From contig JBCBJQ010000012.1 in the NCBI GenBank assembly GCA_038523235.1, positions 35,307 through 99,306 on the forward strand: a stretch of 64,000 nt of DNA, written 5' to 3'. The number at the start of each line of letters is the position of its first letter. The first letter of the stretch is position 1. A program made the translations under genes and the position numbers. The notes under the pieces are model-generated. The model was not told the origin of the DNA, ran no database searches, and saw only the letters and a list, made by a program, of their open reading frames with translations. Shown piece by piece: positions 18,874 to 33,000 of the stretch. Source of the stretch: Cyanobacteria bacterium J06626_4. GTDB taxonomy: Bacteria > Cyanobacteriota > Cyanobacteriia > Phormidesmidales > Phormidesmidaceae.

Positions 18874-20091
18874 ATGCCCTTTGACGCAGCCAGTTCTTGG
18901 GTGCCTCGCCTCGAAGACGCGATCGAGCGCCAACCCCTAATGGTTTCACCCGACACCTCACTGGTCGATGCGATCGCGCTGATCAGTCAAGCGCATCACC
19001 AAACGTGTCGGTTAACCGCAGAAGCTACGTCCGCCGATCGGCCAGCCCTCACAGGACGAGTGAGTTGTGTGCTCATCACTCAAGGTCGCACAGTGCTGGG
19101 CATCTTGACTGAGCGGGATGTCGTGCGGCTAACTGCTCAAGCCCTTGATCTACGCACGACAACGGTGGCCGAGGTGATGGTTCATCCCGTGGTTACCCTA
19201 CCTGAGCATTCAGTGCAGGATATTTTCGCTGCCCTATTTTTGTTTCGTCGCTATCGCATTCGTCATGTGCCAGTGGTTGACAAGCAGCAACAGTTAGTGG
19301 GCATTATTTCCCACGAAAGCATTCGTCAGGTGTTGCGCCCCGCTAATCTGCTGCGATTTCGGCGGGTTTCTGACGTGATGTCGGTCGCTGTGATCCGGGC
19401 TCCGCTCACGGCCAGGGTGCTGCAATTAGCTCAGTTGATGGCCACGCACCGCGTCAGTTGTATCGTGATTACGCAGCTCGATGCCCATCAGATTGAACAA
19501 CCTGTCGGCATCGTCACCGAGCGCGATATCGTGCAGTTTCAGGCGTTGCAAATCGACTTTGCTAAAACAGCAGCGCAAACAGTGATGAGCAGCCCGTTGT
19601 TTCTCCTCAGTCCTCAAGATTCCCTATGGACAGCCCACCAAGAAATGCAAACGCGCAAAGTTGGACGTTTGGTGGTGTCTTGGAACTGGGGGCAAGGCTT
19701 AGGAATTGTGACTCAAACTAGCTTACTCCGCGTATTTGACCCGATGGAAATGTATGGAGTCATTGAAAATTTACAGCAGACTATTAGCCAAATGGAGGCG
19801 AAACAAGCGAATTTACCCTCCCCCACATCTTCCCAGCCTCTCAATTCCCCAAGTGTTGATTTAACGAACACGGCTTCACCCTCTGCGCAGGACTCCACAG
19901 TTGCCTCAGAGGCTAATGTCGTCAATTCTGAGAGACTGTCTGCTTCCTTAGACCATGTTTATAAACAGCTCAAGCAAATAGTTGATGCTGCGAATCTATC
20001 TCCGAATCAGCAGCAAATACAGCTCCAATCATTGCTGGCGAAATTGAAACAACTATCAATTGAATTCGATTTGGCAGCCAAAAACTCTTAA
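18874..20091 (+). CDS. Stand-alone multi-CBS (two CBS pairs) protein with coiled-coil tail
   Basis: Repeated CBS motifs (GILTERDVVRL, RIRHVPVVD, GIVTERDIVQ, GIVTQTSLL). No PAS or kinase domain follows. Confidence 0.88.
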   Translation: MPFDAASSWVPRLEDAIERQPLMVSPDTSLVDAIALISQAHHQTCRLTAEATSADRPALTGRVSCVLITQGRTVLGILTERDVVRLTAQALDLRTTTVAEVMVHPVVTLPEHSVQDIFAALFLFRRYRIRHVPVVDKQQQLVGIISHESIRQVLRPANLLRFRRVSDVMSVAVIRAPLTARVLQLAQLMATHRVSCIVITQLDAHQIEQPVGIVTERDIVQFQALQIDFAKTAAQTVMSSPLFLLSPQDSLWTAHQEMQTRKVGRLVVSWNWGQGLGIVTQTSLLRVFDPMEMYGVIENLQQTISQMEAKQANLPSPTSSQPLNSPSVDLTNTASPSAQDSTVASEANVVNSERLSASLDHVYKQLKQIVDAANLSPNQQQIQLQSLLAKLKQLSIEFDLAAKNS

Positions 20092-20520
20092 ACATCCGCT
20101 AGCAGCATGTCAAGTCTCAGGGACTGTTAATATAGCGCGTGCCAAATCCCCATAGGTCCCCATCCCGACCAGCAAGAGTCTCTATCGATGCCATCAGGTC
20201 TGGCTTCGTTGGTGATTCGGCAGCTTCGTCAACAATCGGGCCAGCCCGCCTGTGACACCATGAGAATCGCAACAACATATCAGCATCGCCATGGATGGAA
20301 GCTATTAAAAACGGTAAACATACTGAATTTATCGGTAGATACCTCTTATTAAATCAATACTTAAGATTGTCTGAATTGGGGGCTTTACTTATCTTCTTGC
20401 GCGTCATCATCGCGAGTCACAGCTCAAGTCAACTCTGGCAGTGCATTGGGCTACCATCACCACCCACCTCGTAGAATTTTTGCACGGCTACACTCTATTG
20501 ACTTTTCAATGGTTAACTCA

Positions 20521-20566
20521 ATTTAGATAGAAATGTGCATCATTTAGATAAAAACGTGCATCATTT
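20521..20566. repeat. Tandem 21-bp repeat (2 copies plus a partial) in the intergenic region upstream of the giant gene
   Basis: ATTTAGATAGAAATGTGCATC / ATTTAGATAAAAACGTGCATC / ATTT. Confidence 0.8.
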
Positions 20567-21088
20567 GAGTCAAATCAACTCCCATAGAAATACTGAATAA
20601 CTCTGATTGATGAGCGGGTAATATGAATATGTAGTTGTGTTAACCGTTTCCGGGCAGCTGCAATTTAACGGCCCAGACTACTGCTGATTTCAGAAGTAAA
20701 CAAACCAGCCCCATTCTTTTGAATACTTTTGAATTTCAGATAATCAGCCCACAGTACTCATGCCAAATGGAAAATCACGAGGTGCCATTTATGATTCAAA
20801 TCGGCAATAGCTCGCCGCACTGATACTCGTAAATCGCTGCTAGCGCGATCGCTAGTTCACCGACTGCTCTCAGCAACTTTGTCTCATTCCAACTTCTGAA
20901 CGCCTGTTGTTCGGAACAAATCCGTGTGTCTACCATGTGCGCTTTCTAAAACTCTGATGCGTCGGAGTTTACTTGCACACTGCTAGTCATGCCTGCTTTT
21001 TGCTGCTTTTAATACACCACTGAGTTTCTCAAATTTAGTTTTTCCATCTCAGATCTGCATTGTCCTAGCAACTTAATTGGTAACCGTC

Positions 21089-24000
21089 ATGTCGCAATAC
21101 GCACTCTCTACAGGTATAAAAATCCTATTTGTTGATAGCTCTATCCACGGCTATCAAGATTTGACTGCAGGTCTCAGATCTGAGTACCAATGGCACCTGA
21201 TCGACGCTGCGCATGACGGCATTGAACACATCACCCAGACGCTCAGTCAGCACTATTCCGCTGATCGCATTCAAGAAATTCACATTCTCACCCACGGCTC
21301 GCCTGGGTGCCTGCAGCTAGGCCATGCTCAGCTCAGCTTGGAGACTCTCGATACCTACAGCCAGAGTCTCCAGCAGTGGTTCGCCACCGCCGGATCCGCT
21401 GATGCGCCCCAGCTCGTAATCTACGGCTGCAACGTTGCCGCTGGTGACGCCGGAGCCGAATTTGTTGAGCGGTTGCACCACCTCACCGGGGCTGAAATTG
21501 CCGCTTCTAGCACGCTGGTCGGTAGCGCCGCACTGGGGGGCAATTGGGATTTAGATTACTCAACCGATCGCGCTGCCGCTGGTATGCCAATCCGGTCTGA
21601 GGTGCTCGCGGCCTATGCAGGCGTGTTAGTCAACCCGCCCACCATTACCGATGCGGCGACGGCTGTTCGTGCCACGGCGGAAGAAACAGCGCTAACCATC
21701 ACGGACATCACGATTGACGACTCCGAAGCAAGTGACACTCAGACAGTGACTCTGAGTGTCGCTCAAGGCATCATTACCCTCGCCTCAACTGCAAACTTAA
21801 CGGGCCTTACGGGTGACGGCACGGGTGCTGTTAGTTTTTCCGGCACGCTGACGGATATCAACAATGCCATTAACGGCATGAGCTACACCCCCGCTACCGA
21901 TTTCAGCGGTGATGATAGCTTGAGCATTACGGTCAACGATGGTGATCAAACGGCTACGAGTGCGATCGCGCTGGGCGTCACGCCAGACAACGATACGCCC
22001 GCGATCGCCCCGACGAGTCTGAGCGTGCTTGAAGGCAACAGCGGTGCCTTTGCCGCTGTCAACTTTGGCATCGAAGATGTGGATAACGAAGACGTCCAGA
22101 TCATCGTCAAAATCGCCAGCCGGCCTGGTAAAGGGACGCTGAAATTTGACGGCAATTTCCTCGTTCCCGGATCGACTTTTTCCTACGATCAGATCGACAA
22201 GCTGGAATATTTCCACGACGGCACACAAACCACTGACACGGGTGGCACCGAGGATAGCTTTACCGTCACGGTCGATGATGGTGCGGGCGGCACGATTGCT
22301 GAGACCACGATTCCTATTACGATTACGCCGGTCAACCAGTTGCCGACGGCCACGGGCAAAAACACCCTGTTTGAAGGGCAAGCAGATTATGCTGTCACGA
22401 TCGCGATCTCTGACCCCGACCAAACCGCCGCTAACTACACGATTGAGCTGGCGTCTCTGCCTGAAGATGGCGTCTTAAAGTTCAACGGCACCGCTGTCAC
22501 TAAAGGACAAACCTTTAGTTCTGCCGATCTAACGAAGTTTACCTACAGCCACGACGGCAATGATGAAGGGTTTGGCAACCCGCCGCCGGATAGCTTTGAC
22601 ATCATCGTGACTGACGATGGCGGCGGTACGGGCACGCCAGGGTCTACGACCGCAACGATTGACCTCAACATCAAGCCCAACAACGATGACCCAATTTTGG
22701 TCAACAACAACGGCCTCAGCATCAACACAGATACTGGGTTGACCAAAGTGATTACCGCTGCTGACCTGAGCGTGAGTGACCCTGACTCCGCGACGACGCA
22801 GTTGACCTACACCCTTACGACTGCTCCCGATCCGACCCTAGGTAAATTAGAGGTCTTTAACGGTAGCGTTTGGCAGAGTATTGGCGTCGGCGTTGGTTTC
22901 ACCCAAGATGATCTCGACAGCAATCGGGTTCGCTATACATTTCACAAAGATTCGGGTGGGGATGAAAGCTTTACTGATAGTTTCCAGTTTCAGGTACGCG
23001 ATGGTGAAATTCGCGAATATCCGTCCGAGCGCGAAGGGGGTATCTGGAACGCGGATGGGTCTGACTTAGAGACGCTGACCTTTACCATCAACACGGTTGT
23101 GCCCCCCAACGGTAGTGGTGGCGCTGGGGGCACTCAAAATCCTGAAGTCACTAGCAATACCCCACCCGTCACCGACATCAACGTGGGCATTGCTGGCGTC
23201 GATGAAGGCAGCGTCACGACGATTGACGCCACGCTGCTACGTTCAACCGATACTGACAATTTGCCCAGTGAAATTGTTTATCGCATTACCAGCTTGCCGA
23301 CCAGCGGCAGCATTCAGTTGAAGGGTACCGCCTTAGGCTTGTTCAGCTCTTTCACCCAAGATGATGTTGACAACGACCGGGTGACCTTCAAACACGCAGG
23401 CGGTGAAGACTTTATTGACAACTTCGGATTCACTGTCAGCGACGGTACTAACGTCACCTTTGAAGAGACTTTCACGATTGATGTCACACCGATCAACGAT
23501 GCGCCCACAATCGCAGCTCAAGGCTCCCCTTTCCTTAAAGAAGGTGACAGCCTCATCATTGATGAAACTTACATCTCTCTCGGAGATGTTGATGGCTCCG
23601 GCGAAAAGAAAAACACAACAGAATTTTCGACGGTCAACGATCTGACCTTTAAGGTCACAGACCTCCCTGACAATGGCACGCTGCAAGTTGATCAGGGCAG
23701 CGGCTTTGAGGATGTCACGACGAGCACAATCATTACCCAAGCGCAGTTAAACGACGACAAGCTGCGCTACGTCCACGGGGGTGAGGAGCAATTTGCCGAT
23801 AGCTTTGTGGTGCAGGCGAATGACAACACGACAGCAGCCAACAACCTCAGTAACCAAGCCACGATCAATCTGACGATCGCCTCGCTAAATGATGATCCGA
23901 GCGAAGTCTCAACTCAATCACTAAAGGTGGATGAAGCAGGGACCGGCACGATCAGGGGTGAAGACGGCCAAGCCAATGGCGAACCCTACATCTTATATAC

Positions 24001-27000
24001 CGACCCTGATAACAGCACCATTCAGCGACAATATCGCATTACCGACGCCACTGACCATGGCACCCTGTTTTTGAATGGCAAGGCGCTGTCGGTGGGCAGT
24101 GTCTTTACGCAGGCTGATCTGGATAGCGATCGCATCACCTATACCCACGACGGGTCTGAAGATCACCTTGATGGCTTTAGCTTCACCGTCAGTGACGGCG
24201 GTGGCGCAGCGGTACCGGGGTCTTATGTCATCAACATTGATCCGGCTAACAGTACTCCCGAGCTAAAGGTGCCTGACGAGCAGACTTTTGATACAGATGC
24301 GCCTCTGACCTTTAACGCCGCCAATAACAACCGCATCACCGTTGATGACATCGATTTAGAGACGCTGACAACGCCGGGTGAAACGGATGTTTTGCGGGTC
24401 ACGGTTGACTTGCAGGCGGGCGGAGCCACTTACACCAACAGCACCCTAACCCTGGGGTCGACGACTGACTTAACGGTCACCGGCAACAACGGCGTGCAGG
24501 GTGGCACCGTCACCTTTGAAGGCACGAAAGACGCTGTACAGGCAGCGCTAGACGGTTTGCAGGTGCAGGTGCCCACCGACGAAGACCGCGAGTTGTCACT
24601 AGTCGTCACGGTCAATGACTTGAACAACGGTGGGCCTGATCCTGATCCAGCTCCGGCGGGTTACACCACGACAGTGACGGAGACCATCAAGCTCTTCACC
24701 AGTAACGACAACGATGCGCCTGTCGTTGATGCTCCCACTGCCGTCACGGTCACCGAAGACATCGCGTTTGGGTTTGCCGATGGCAACACCATCAAGATTA
24801 CGGACGTTGATGCCTTTAACTCGACCAGCAATACGGTCACGCTAGAAGTCAACGAAGGGACGATCACAGTGGGGAATCCCGCTTTGATTACGGGCGGTGC
24901 CAATGGCAGTGATACCGTCACTCTGACCGGTAGCTTAGATGATATCAATGCGGCGATCGCCAACCTGACCTACAAAGGCGACAAAAACTTCAACGGCAGC
25001 GATACCCTCACCATCACCGCCAATGACCAAGGCAACACGGGCTTAGACAACAAAAATGCCAGTGAACCTCAAGAGGTGTTTGAAACCGTTGCGATCACCC
25101 TCGAACCGGCTAACGATGCACCCACGCTAGAGGCTCCTGACGCCATTCAGACGATTACCGAAACGAATCCTAAAGTCTTTAGTACGGGCAACAAAAACGC
25201 CATCACCATTGATGACCTTGCTGACGCGCCGCCCTTTGGCACGGATGACTTTACGGTCACCGTGAAGGCAACAAACGAGGCGGATGGTTTGGCCTACGGC
25301 ACGCTAACCGCCACCACCGGCACCGGAGCAACAATCACCGGTCAGGGCAGCGATACCCTCACCCTCTCAGGCACCAAGACCCAGATTAACGACGCGCTAG
25401 ACGGCCTGAGCTACACGCCTGACACCTACAATTCGGAAACCACCGTTAACTTAGCGGTCGTCGTAAATGACAAAGCCAATGGTGGCCCTGGTGCGCTGAC
25501 GGCGACAGACGATATCACCCTTCAGGTCAGTAGCATCAACGATGCGCCGGTGGTGACGAATCCGAACACTGTCGTAGCCACTGAAGATCAGGTCTTTAGC
25601 TTTACCGGCGCGGATAAGCTCTTCATTGACGATCCGGATGACTTTGGTAACCCCATGACTGTCACCCTGGCAGTCGGCAAGGGTGATTTGACCCTAGGCA
25701 CAACGACTGGTCTGACCTTTGACGCTGGCAGCAACGGCAGTGAGGCGATGACCATTACCGGTACCGAAGCCGACCTCAACGCGGCCCTCGCCACCCTCAC
25801 CTACAAGGGGGACCAAGACTTCAACGGCGCGGATGCCTTGAGCTTTAAGGTCAATGACCTGGGGAATACCGGCTCTGGCCCCGACGGTATTGTTGACGAC
25901 ACCATCAGCATTACCGTCAATCCGGTCAACGACGCCCCTACCCGCAATGGCGGCAGGAATGTTGACTTTGACACGAATGAAGACGACACACCGGCAGGCA
26001 CGACAGTCGAAGACTTGTTCTTGAGCAAGTTTGTAGATGTCGCTGATGACGTGACTGGCGGCTCAACCGCCAATGATTTCGCCGGGATTGCAATTTATCG
26101 CAACAACGCTAACCTGACCACCCAAGGCAAATGGCAGTGGTCAGATGATGGCAACACTTGGAACGACCTAGCCACCAATGTGTCTAACGCGGCTGCGGTG
26201 GTCTTGCCCCCCACGGCAAAACTCCGCTTCTTGCCGAATGCTGACTTTAACGGTCAGCCCGGAGACCTAAGACTGCGGTTAATCGACAGTTCCCAAGGTA
26301 CAGTCACCGCTGGCGCTGTGACCGATGTGAGAACCAACGGCGGCATCACACGGTATAGCAACAACGATAACGATCTCAGATTACGCACCGATGTTATTGC
26401 CATCAACGATGCGCCCATTGCCACTGGTGCCTCGACGCTGACAGCGGTAGATGAAGATGCGACGAATCCCCCTGGGGACACGGTCACTAACCTATTCACT
26501 GACCGCTTTAACGATGCCACTGACACGGTGCCGGACGGCTCGACGGCGAACGGTTTGGCCGGGGTTGCCGTGGTGGGCAACGCCGCCACCACTGAAGGCA
26601 CGTGGCAATATTTTGACGGTACCGCTTGGCAGGCTGTGGGCAACCCCAGTGACACCAACGCTCTGTTGGTAGGGGCTACTGATCGATTCCGGTTTGTCCC
26701 CAGCGCCAACTACAACGGCCCCGTACCGGCTCTCACCGTTCACCTGATCGACGATTCGGCGGGTGCAGTCACTACGGGCGACACCGTTGACTTGAGTGGG
26801 GTCGGCGCGATCGGAGCTACTACGCCTTATAGCAGCGCTACGGTGCCCCTCACCAGTCAGATCAACCCCGTCAACGACACCCCCGGTTTGAATGCGCTGG
26901 GTGGCACGGTGGACTTTACCGAAAACGAAACTCCTGTTGTTTTAGATGATGATGCCTCGGTTGAGGACCTAGAGCTAGACGCGATCGATGACTGGAATGG

Positions 27001-30000
27001 GGCGACCTTAACCCTCGAACGTGACGCGGGTGCTAACAACGAAGATGTGTTTGGCAACAGCGGCACTTTAGGGGCACTGACCGAAGGTAATACAGTCACG
27101 GTAGATGGCACGGCGATCGCTACTGTCACTACCAACAGCGATGGCACCCTCACCCTCACCTTCAACAACAACGCCACAAGTGCTCTCGTCACTGAGGCGC
27201 TGCAGCAAATCACCTACAGCAACACCAGTGAAGATCCTCCAGCCTCAGTCGACATTGCCTACACGCTGAACGATGGGAACACAGGTGCTCAAGGCAGCGG
27301 TGGGGCATTAACCGCGATCGGCAGCGTCACCGTCGATATTGAAGCAGTCAACGATGCGCCCGTGGCCACCGATGATGGCCCCGTCGCAGTGACTGAAGAC
27401 ACCGAGTTTACCGGCAGCGTCATTACCGGGCTCGGCGAGGACACCGATGTCGATAGCGACACCCTGACCGTTCAGTCCGCGACGGTGGATATCAACGGCG
27501 ACGGCAATCAGCAAACCTTGCCCATCGGTGCCGCGACTGCCCTGAAAGACAACAACGGTGACCCCATTGGCACCCTGACGCTGAATACAGACGGCACCTT
27601 CACCTTTGACCCCGCCGATAACTACGTCGGCCCGGTACCGGCAGTCAGCTACATCATCACCGATGGCGAACTGACCGACGATGCTGTGCTCACCTTTAGC
27701 GATGTGACACCGGTCAACGACGCGCCAGTAGCGGTGGACGATGGCCCGGTCGATGTGACCGAAGACACACCGGTGAACGGCAGCGTCATTACCGGTCTGG
27801 GTGACGACACCGACATCGATGGCGACAATCTGACAGTTGAGTCGGCCACAGTCGATATCAATGGCGACGGCAACCAACAGCAGCTCACCATCGGTGCCGC
27901 AACTGCCCTGAAAGACAATAACGGTGACCCCATTGGCACCCTGGCACTCAATCAGGACGGTACCTTCACCTTTGACCCCGCTGATAACTACGTCGGGCCC
28001 ATCCCATCGGTGACCTACACCATCACCGATGGTGAACTGACCGATGAGGCCGTGCTCACTTTCAACCCAGTGAGTCCGGTGAACGATGCCCCAGAGGCTA
28101 CCAACGATGGCCCCGTCACAGTAACTGAAGATACCGAAGCTACCGGCAGCGTCATTACCGGGCTGGGCGATGACACTGATGTCGATGGCGACACCCTGAC
28201 AGTCGAATCCGCCACGGTGGATATCAATGGCGATGGCAACCAACAGCCGCTCACTATCGGCACCGCGACGCCTTTGACAGCCAACAACGGTGACCCCATT
28301 GGCACACTGACGCTGAATGCCAACGGCACCTTCACCTTTGACCCTGCCGACAACTATATCGGCCCGGTGCCCCAGGTGAACTACACCATCACCGATGGCG
28401 TCGAAACCGACGACGCCGTGCTTACCTTCAGCAACGTCACGCCGGTGAATGATGCACCAGTAGCGGTGAACGATGGCCCGGTCGATGTCACCGAAGATAC
28501 CGAAGCCACTGGCAACGTCATCATCGGCCTAGGGGATGATACCGATATCGATGGCGACACCCTCACCGTGATCGCAGCAACAGTAGACATCAATGGCGAT
28601 GGTTCCCAGCAACCACTGACCATTAATACCTCTACCACTTTGACCAACGGCGGTCAGATCATTGGAGCGCTTCAGCTTAACGCAGACGGCACCTTCTCCT
28701 TTACACCCGCGCCGAACTACACCGGCCCGGTGCCATCGGTGACCTACACCATCTCTGATGGCGAACTCACCGACGACGCAGTACTCACCTTTAACAATGT
28801 CAGCCCCGTCCCAGATGCCCCTGTGGCAGTGGACGATGGCCCCGTGACCGTCACTGAAGACACTCTCGTGAACGGTAGCGTCATTACCGGTCTGGGCGAT
28901 GACACTGATGTCGATGGCGACACCCTGACAGTCGAATCCGCCACGGTGGATATCAATGGCGATGGCAACCAACAGCCGCTCACTATCGGCACCGCGACGC
29001 CTTTGACAGCCAACAACGGTGACCCCATTGGCACACTGACGCTGAATACAGACGGCACCTTCACTTTTGACCCCGCCGACAACTATATCGGCCCGGTGCC
29101 ACAGGTAACCTATACCATCACCGATGGTGCCCTCACAGATACGGCAGTGCTGCGGTTTAGAGACGTCAGCTCCGTCAACGATGCCCCAGTGGCGGTCAAT
29201 GACGGGCCGGTCGCGGTGACCGAAGATACACCGGTGAACGGAAGCGTGATTTCGGGGTTAGGCGATGACACCGATGTCGAAAACGACCCCCTCACGGTGA
29301 CAGCGGCCACCGTCGATATCAATGGCGATGGCAACCAGCCGCCGCTCACCATTGGGACACCGACAACTCTGCTCGACAATAGCGGCAACCCGATTGGCAA
29401 GCTCCAGCTCAATGGCGACGGCACCTTTACCTTTACCCCTGCTGCCAACTATACGGGGCCAGTACCCCAAGTCACTTACACCATCTCTGATGGCATCGAC
29501 ACCGACGACGCCGTGCTCACCTTCCAAGATGTGAGTCCGGTCAACGATGCACCGGTGGCGATCAACGATGGGCCAGTGACAGTTCCTGAAGACACCACTG
29601 TGACCGGCAGTGTCATTAACGGTCTGGGCGATGACACCGATGTCGATGGCGACATGCTCACGGTGACAGAAGCCACCGTCGATATCGATGGCGATGGCAT
29701 CCAAGACACCCTGCCCCTGGGCACGCCCACTCCCCTTACCGACAACGGCGGCAATCCGATTGGCACCCTGCAGCTGAATGCAGATGGCACCTTTAGCTTT
29801 ACCCCAGCCCCGAACTATACAGGCGCTGAGCCTCCTGTGACCTACACCATCTCTGATGGTCAACTGACGGATACCGCCGTCCTCACCTTTAAAGATGTGG
29901 ATGCGATCAACGACGCGCCAGTGGCAACGGATGATGGCCCAGTCGCGGTGACCGAAGATACGCCGGTGAACGGTAGCGTCATCACCGGTCTGGGCGAGGA

Positions 30001-33000
30001 CACCGATCTAGAAAACGATCCCCTCACGGTGACAGAGGCCACCGTGGATATCAATGGCGATGGGTCTCAACAGACCTTGCCCATTGGTACCCTAACGACT
30101 TTGACAAACAACGGCGCGATCATCGGTACCCTGCAGCTGAATGCAGATGGCACCTTTACGTTTACCCCAGTGGTGAACTACACGGGGCCAGTACCGGCAG
30201 TGACTTACACCATCTCTGATGGCAACGACACCGATACCGCAGTTCTCACCTTCCAAGACGTGAGTCCGGTCAACGATGCCCCCGTCGCGGTCAACGATGG
30301 CCCCGTTACAGTCACCGAAGATACCGAGGCCACTGGCAGCGTCATCACCGGTCTGGGCAATGACACCGACGTCGATGGCGACGATTTGACGGTGACCGCA
30401 GCCACGGTAGACATCAATGGCGATGGCAATCAGCAGCCGCTCACCATCGGCTCCTCTACTGCCCTGAGGGACAGCAACGGTGATCCCATTGGCATCCTGA
30501 CGCTGAATGCAGATGGCACCTTCGCCTTTGACCCCGCCGATAACTACATTGGCCCGGTGCCCCAGGTGAACTACACCATCACCGATGGCGAACTGACCGA
30601 CGACGCGGTGCTCACCTTCAGCGATGTGAATGCCGTCAACGATGCCCCTGTCGCCACTGACGATGGCCCGGTAGACGTGACGGAAGACACTCCGGTAAAC
30701 GGCAGCGTCATCTCGGGCTTGGGCGATGATACTGACGTCGATGGCGATACCCTGACCGTGCAATCCGCGACGGTGGATATCAACGGCGATGGAATACAAC
30801 AGCCGCTGACGATTGGGAACCCAACAACCCTAAGGGACAATAGCGGTAATCCAATCGGCAAGCTACAGCTGAATGGGGACGGCACCTTTACCTTTACTCC
30901 AGCCGCAAACTATACCGGCCCCGTACCCCAAGTCACTTACACCATCACCGATGGCGAACTGACCGATACCGCAGTGCTGACCTTCAAGGATGTCAGTGCC
31001 GTCAACGATGCCCCCGTCGCGATCAAAGATGGCCCGGTGAACGTCACCGAAGACACCCCTGTGAACGGCAGCGTCATCACTGGCCTGGGCGACGACACTG
31101 ATGTGGACGGCGATGACTTGACCGTGCAATCGGCAACGGTAGATACCAATGGCGATGGCACTCCCGACAACCTACCTATCGGCACCGCGACTAACCTACT
31201 AAACAGCAACGGTGACCCCATTGGCACACTGACCCTCAATCAGGACGGCACCTTTGTCTTTGCTCCTGCGCTGAACTACACTGGCCCGGTGCCTACCGTG
31301 AACTACGTCATCACGGATGGAATTGAAACTGACGACGCTATCCTCGTCTTTAACAATGTCGCTCCGGTGAACGATGCACCAGTTGCCACGGATGATGGCC
31401 CCGTCGATGTGACCGAAGACACCCCAGCCACCGGTAGCGTTATCACTGGGCTAGGCGATGACACCGACGTTGAAGACGATGATTTGACAGTTGAGTTCGC
31501 GACGGTCGATATCAACGGCGACGGCAACCAACAGCCGCTCACTATCGGCATCGCGACGCCTTTGAGAACCAACAACGGTGACCCCATTGGCACACTGACC
31601 CTCAATCAGGACGGCACCTTCATCTTTGACCCCGCCGACAACTACGTCGGGCCAGTGCCATCAGTGACCTACACCATCACCGATGGCAACCTAACCGACG
31701 ACGCTGTGCTCACCTTCAGCAACGTCACGCCAGTCAACGATGCGCCTGTGGCAGTGGATGATGGCCCCGTCGCGGTGACTGAAGATACCGAAGCCACGGG
31801 CAGCGTCATCAACGGTTTGGGGAATGACACCGACGTTGATGGCGATAACTTGACGGTGCAATCCGCCACGGTTGATATCAATGGCAATGGCAACCCCGAC
31901 AACCTACCTATTGGCACGCCGACTGCTTTAACAAACAACAACGGCGACCCGATTGGGACCCTGACGTTGAATGACGACGGCACCTTCACCTTTGACCCCG
32001 CCGACAACTACGTCGGCCCAGTGCCACAGGTGAACTATACCATCACCGATGGCAACCTAACCGACGACGCTGTGCTCACCTTCAGCGACGTCACGCCAGT
32101 CAACGATGCACCTGTGGCAGTGGATGATGGCCCCGTCACTGTGACCGAAGACACCCCTGCGACCGGCAGCGTCATTACGGGTCTGGGCAATGACACCGAT
32201 GTTGAAGGCAGCCCCCTGACCGTACAGTCCGCGACAGTGGATATCAATGGCGATGGCAACCAACAGCCGCTCACTATCGGCACCGCGACGCCTTTGACAG
32301 CCAACAACGGTGACCCCATTGGCACACTGACCCTCAATCAGGACGGCACCTTCACCTTTGACCCCGCCGACAACTACGTCGGCCCGGTTCCCACCGTGAA
32401 CTACACCATCACCGATGGAGAATTGATCGATACGGCAGCGCTGACCTTCAGCCCCGTGAGTCCGGTCAACGACGCGCCAGTGGCCACCGATGATGGCCCG
32501 GTCGATGTGACGGAAGATACGCCGGTAAACGGTAGTGTCATTACGGGTCTGGGCGATGATACCGACATCGATGGCGATCCCCTCACCATTCAATCCGCCA
32601 CGGTAGATCTCAATGGTGACGGCACGCCCGATGCGCTGCCCATTGGGACGCCGACCGCTCTGACTAATAGCAATGGTGACCCCATTGGCACCCTGACGCT
32701 CAATCCAGACGGCACCTTCAGCTTCTCTCCAGCGGCGAACTACACTGGCCCAGTACCAGCGGTTACCTATACCGTTACCGATGGCACTGATACCGATACG
32801 GCGGTACTCACCTTTAACAATGTGAGTCCGGTGAACGATGCGCCGATCGCCGTTGATGATGGCCCGGTCGATGTCATCAAAGACACCCCGGCGACTGGTA
32901 GCGTCATCACCGGTCTGGGCGACGACATTGAGGTCGATGGTGAGCCTTTGACAGTAACTGCCGCGACGGTGGATACCAATGGCGATGGCACGCCTGATCC

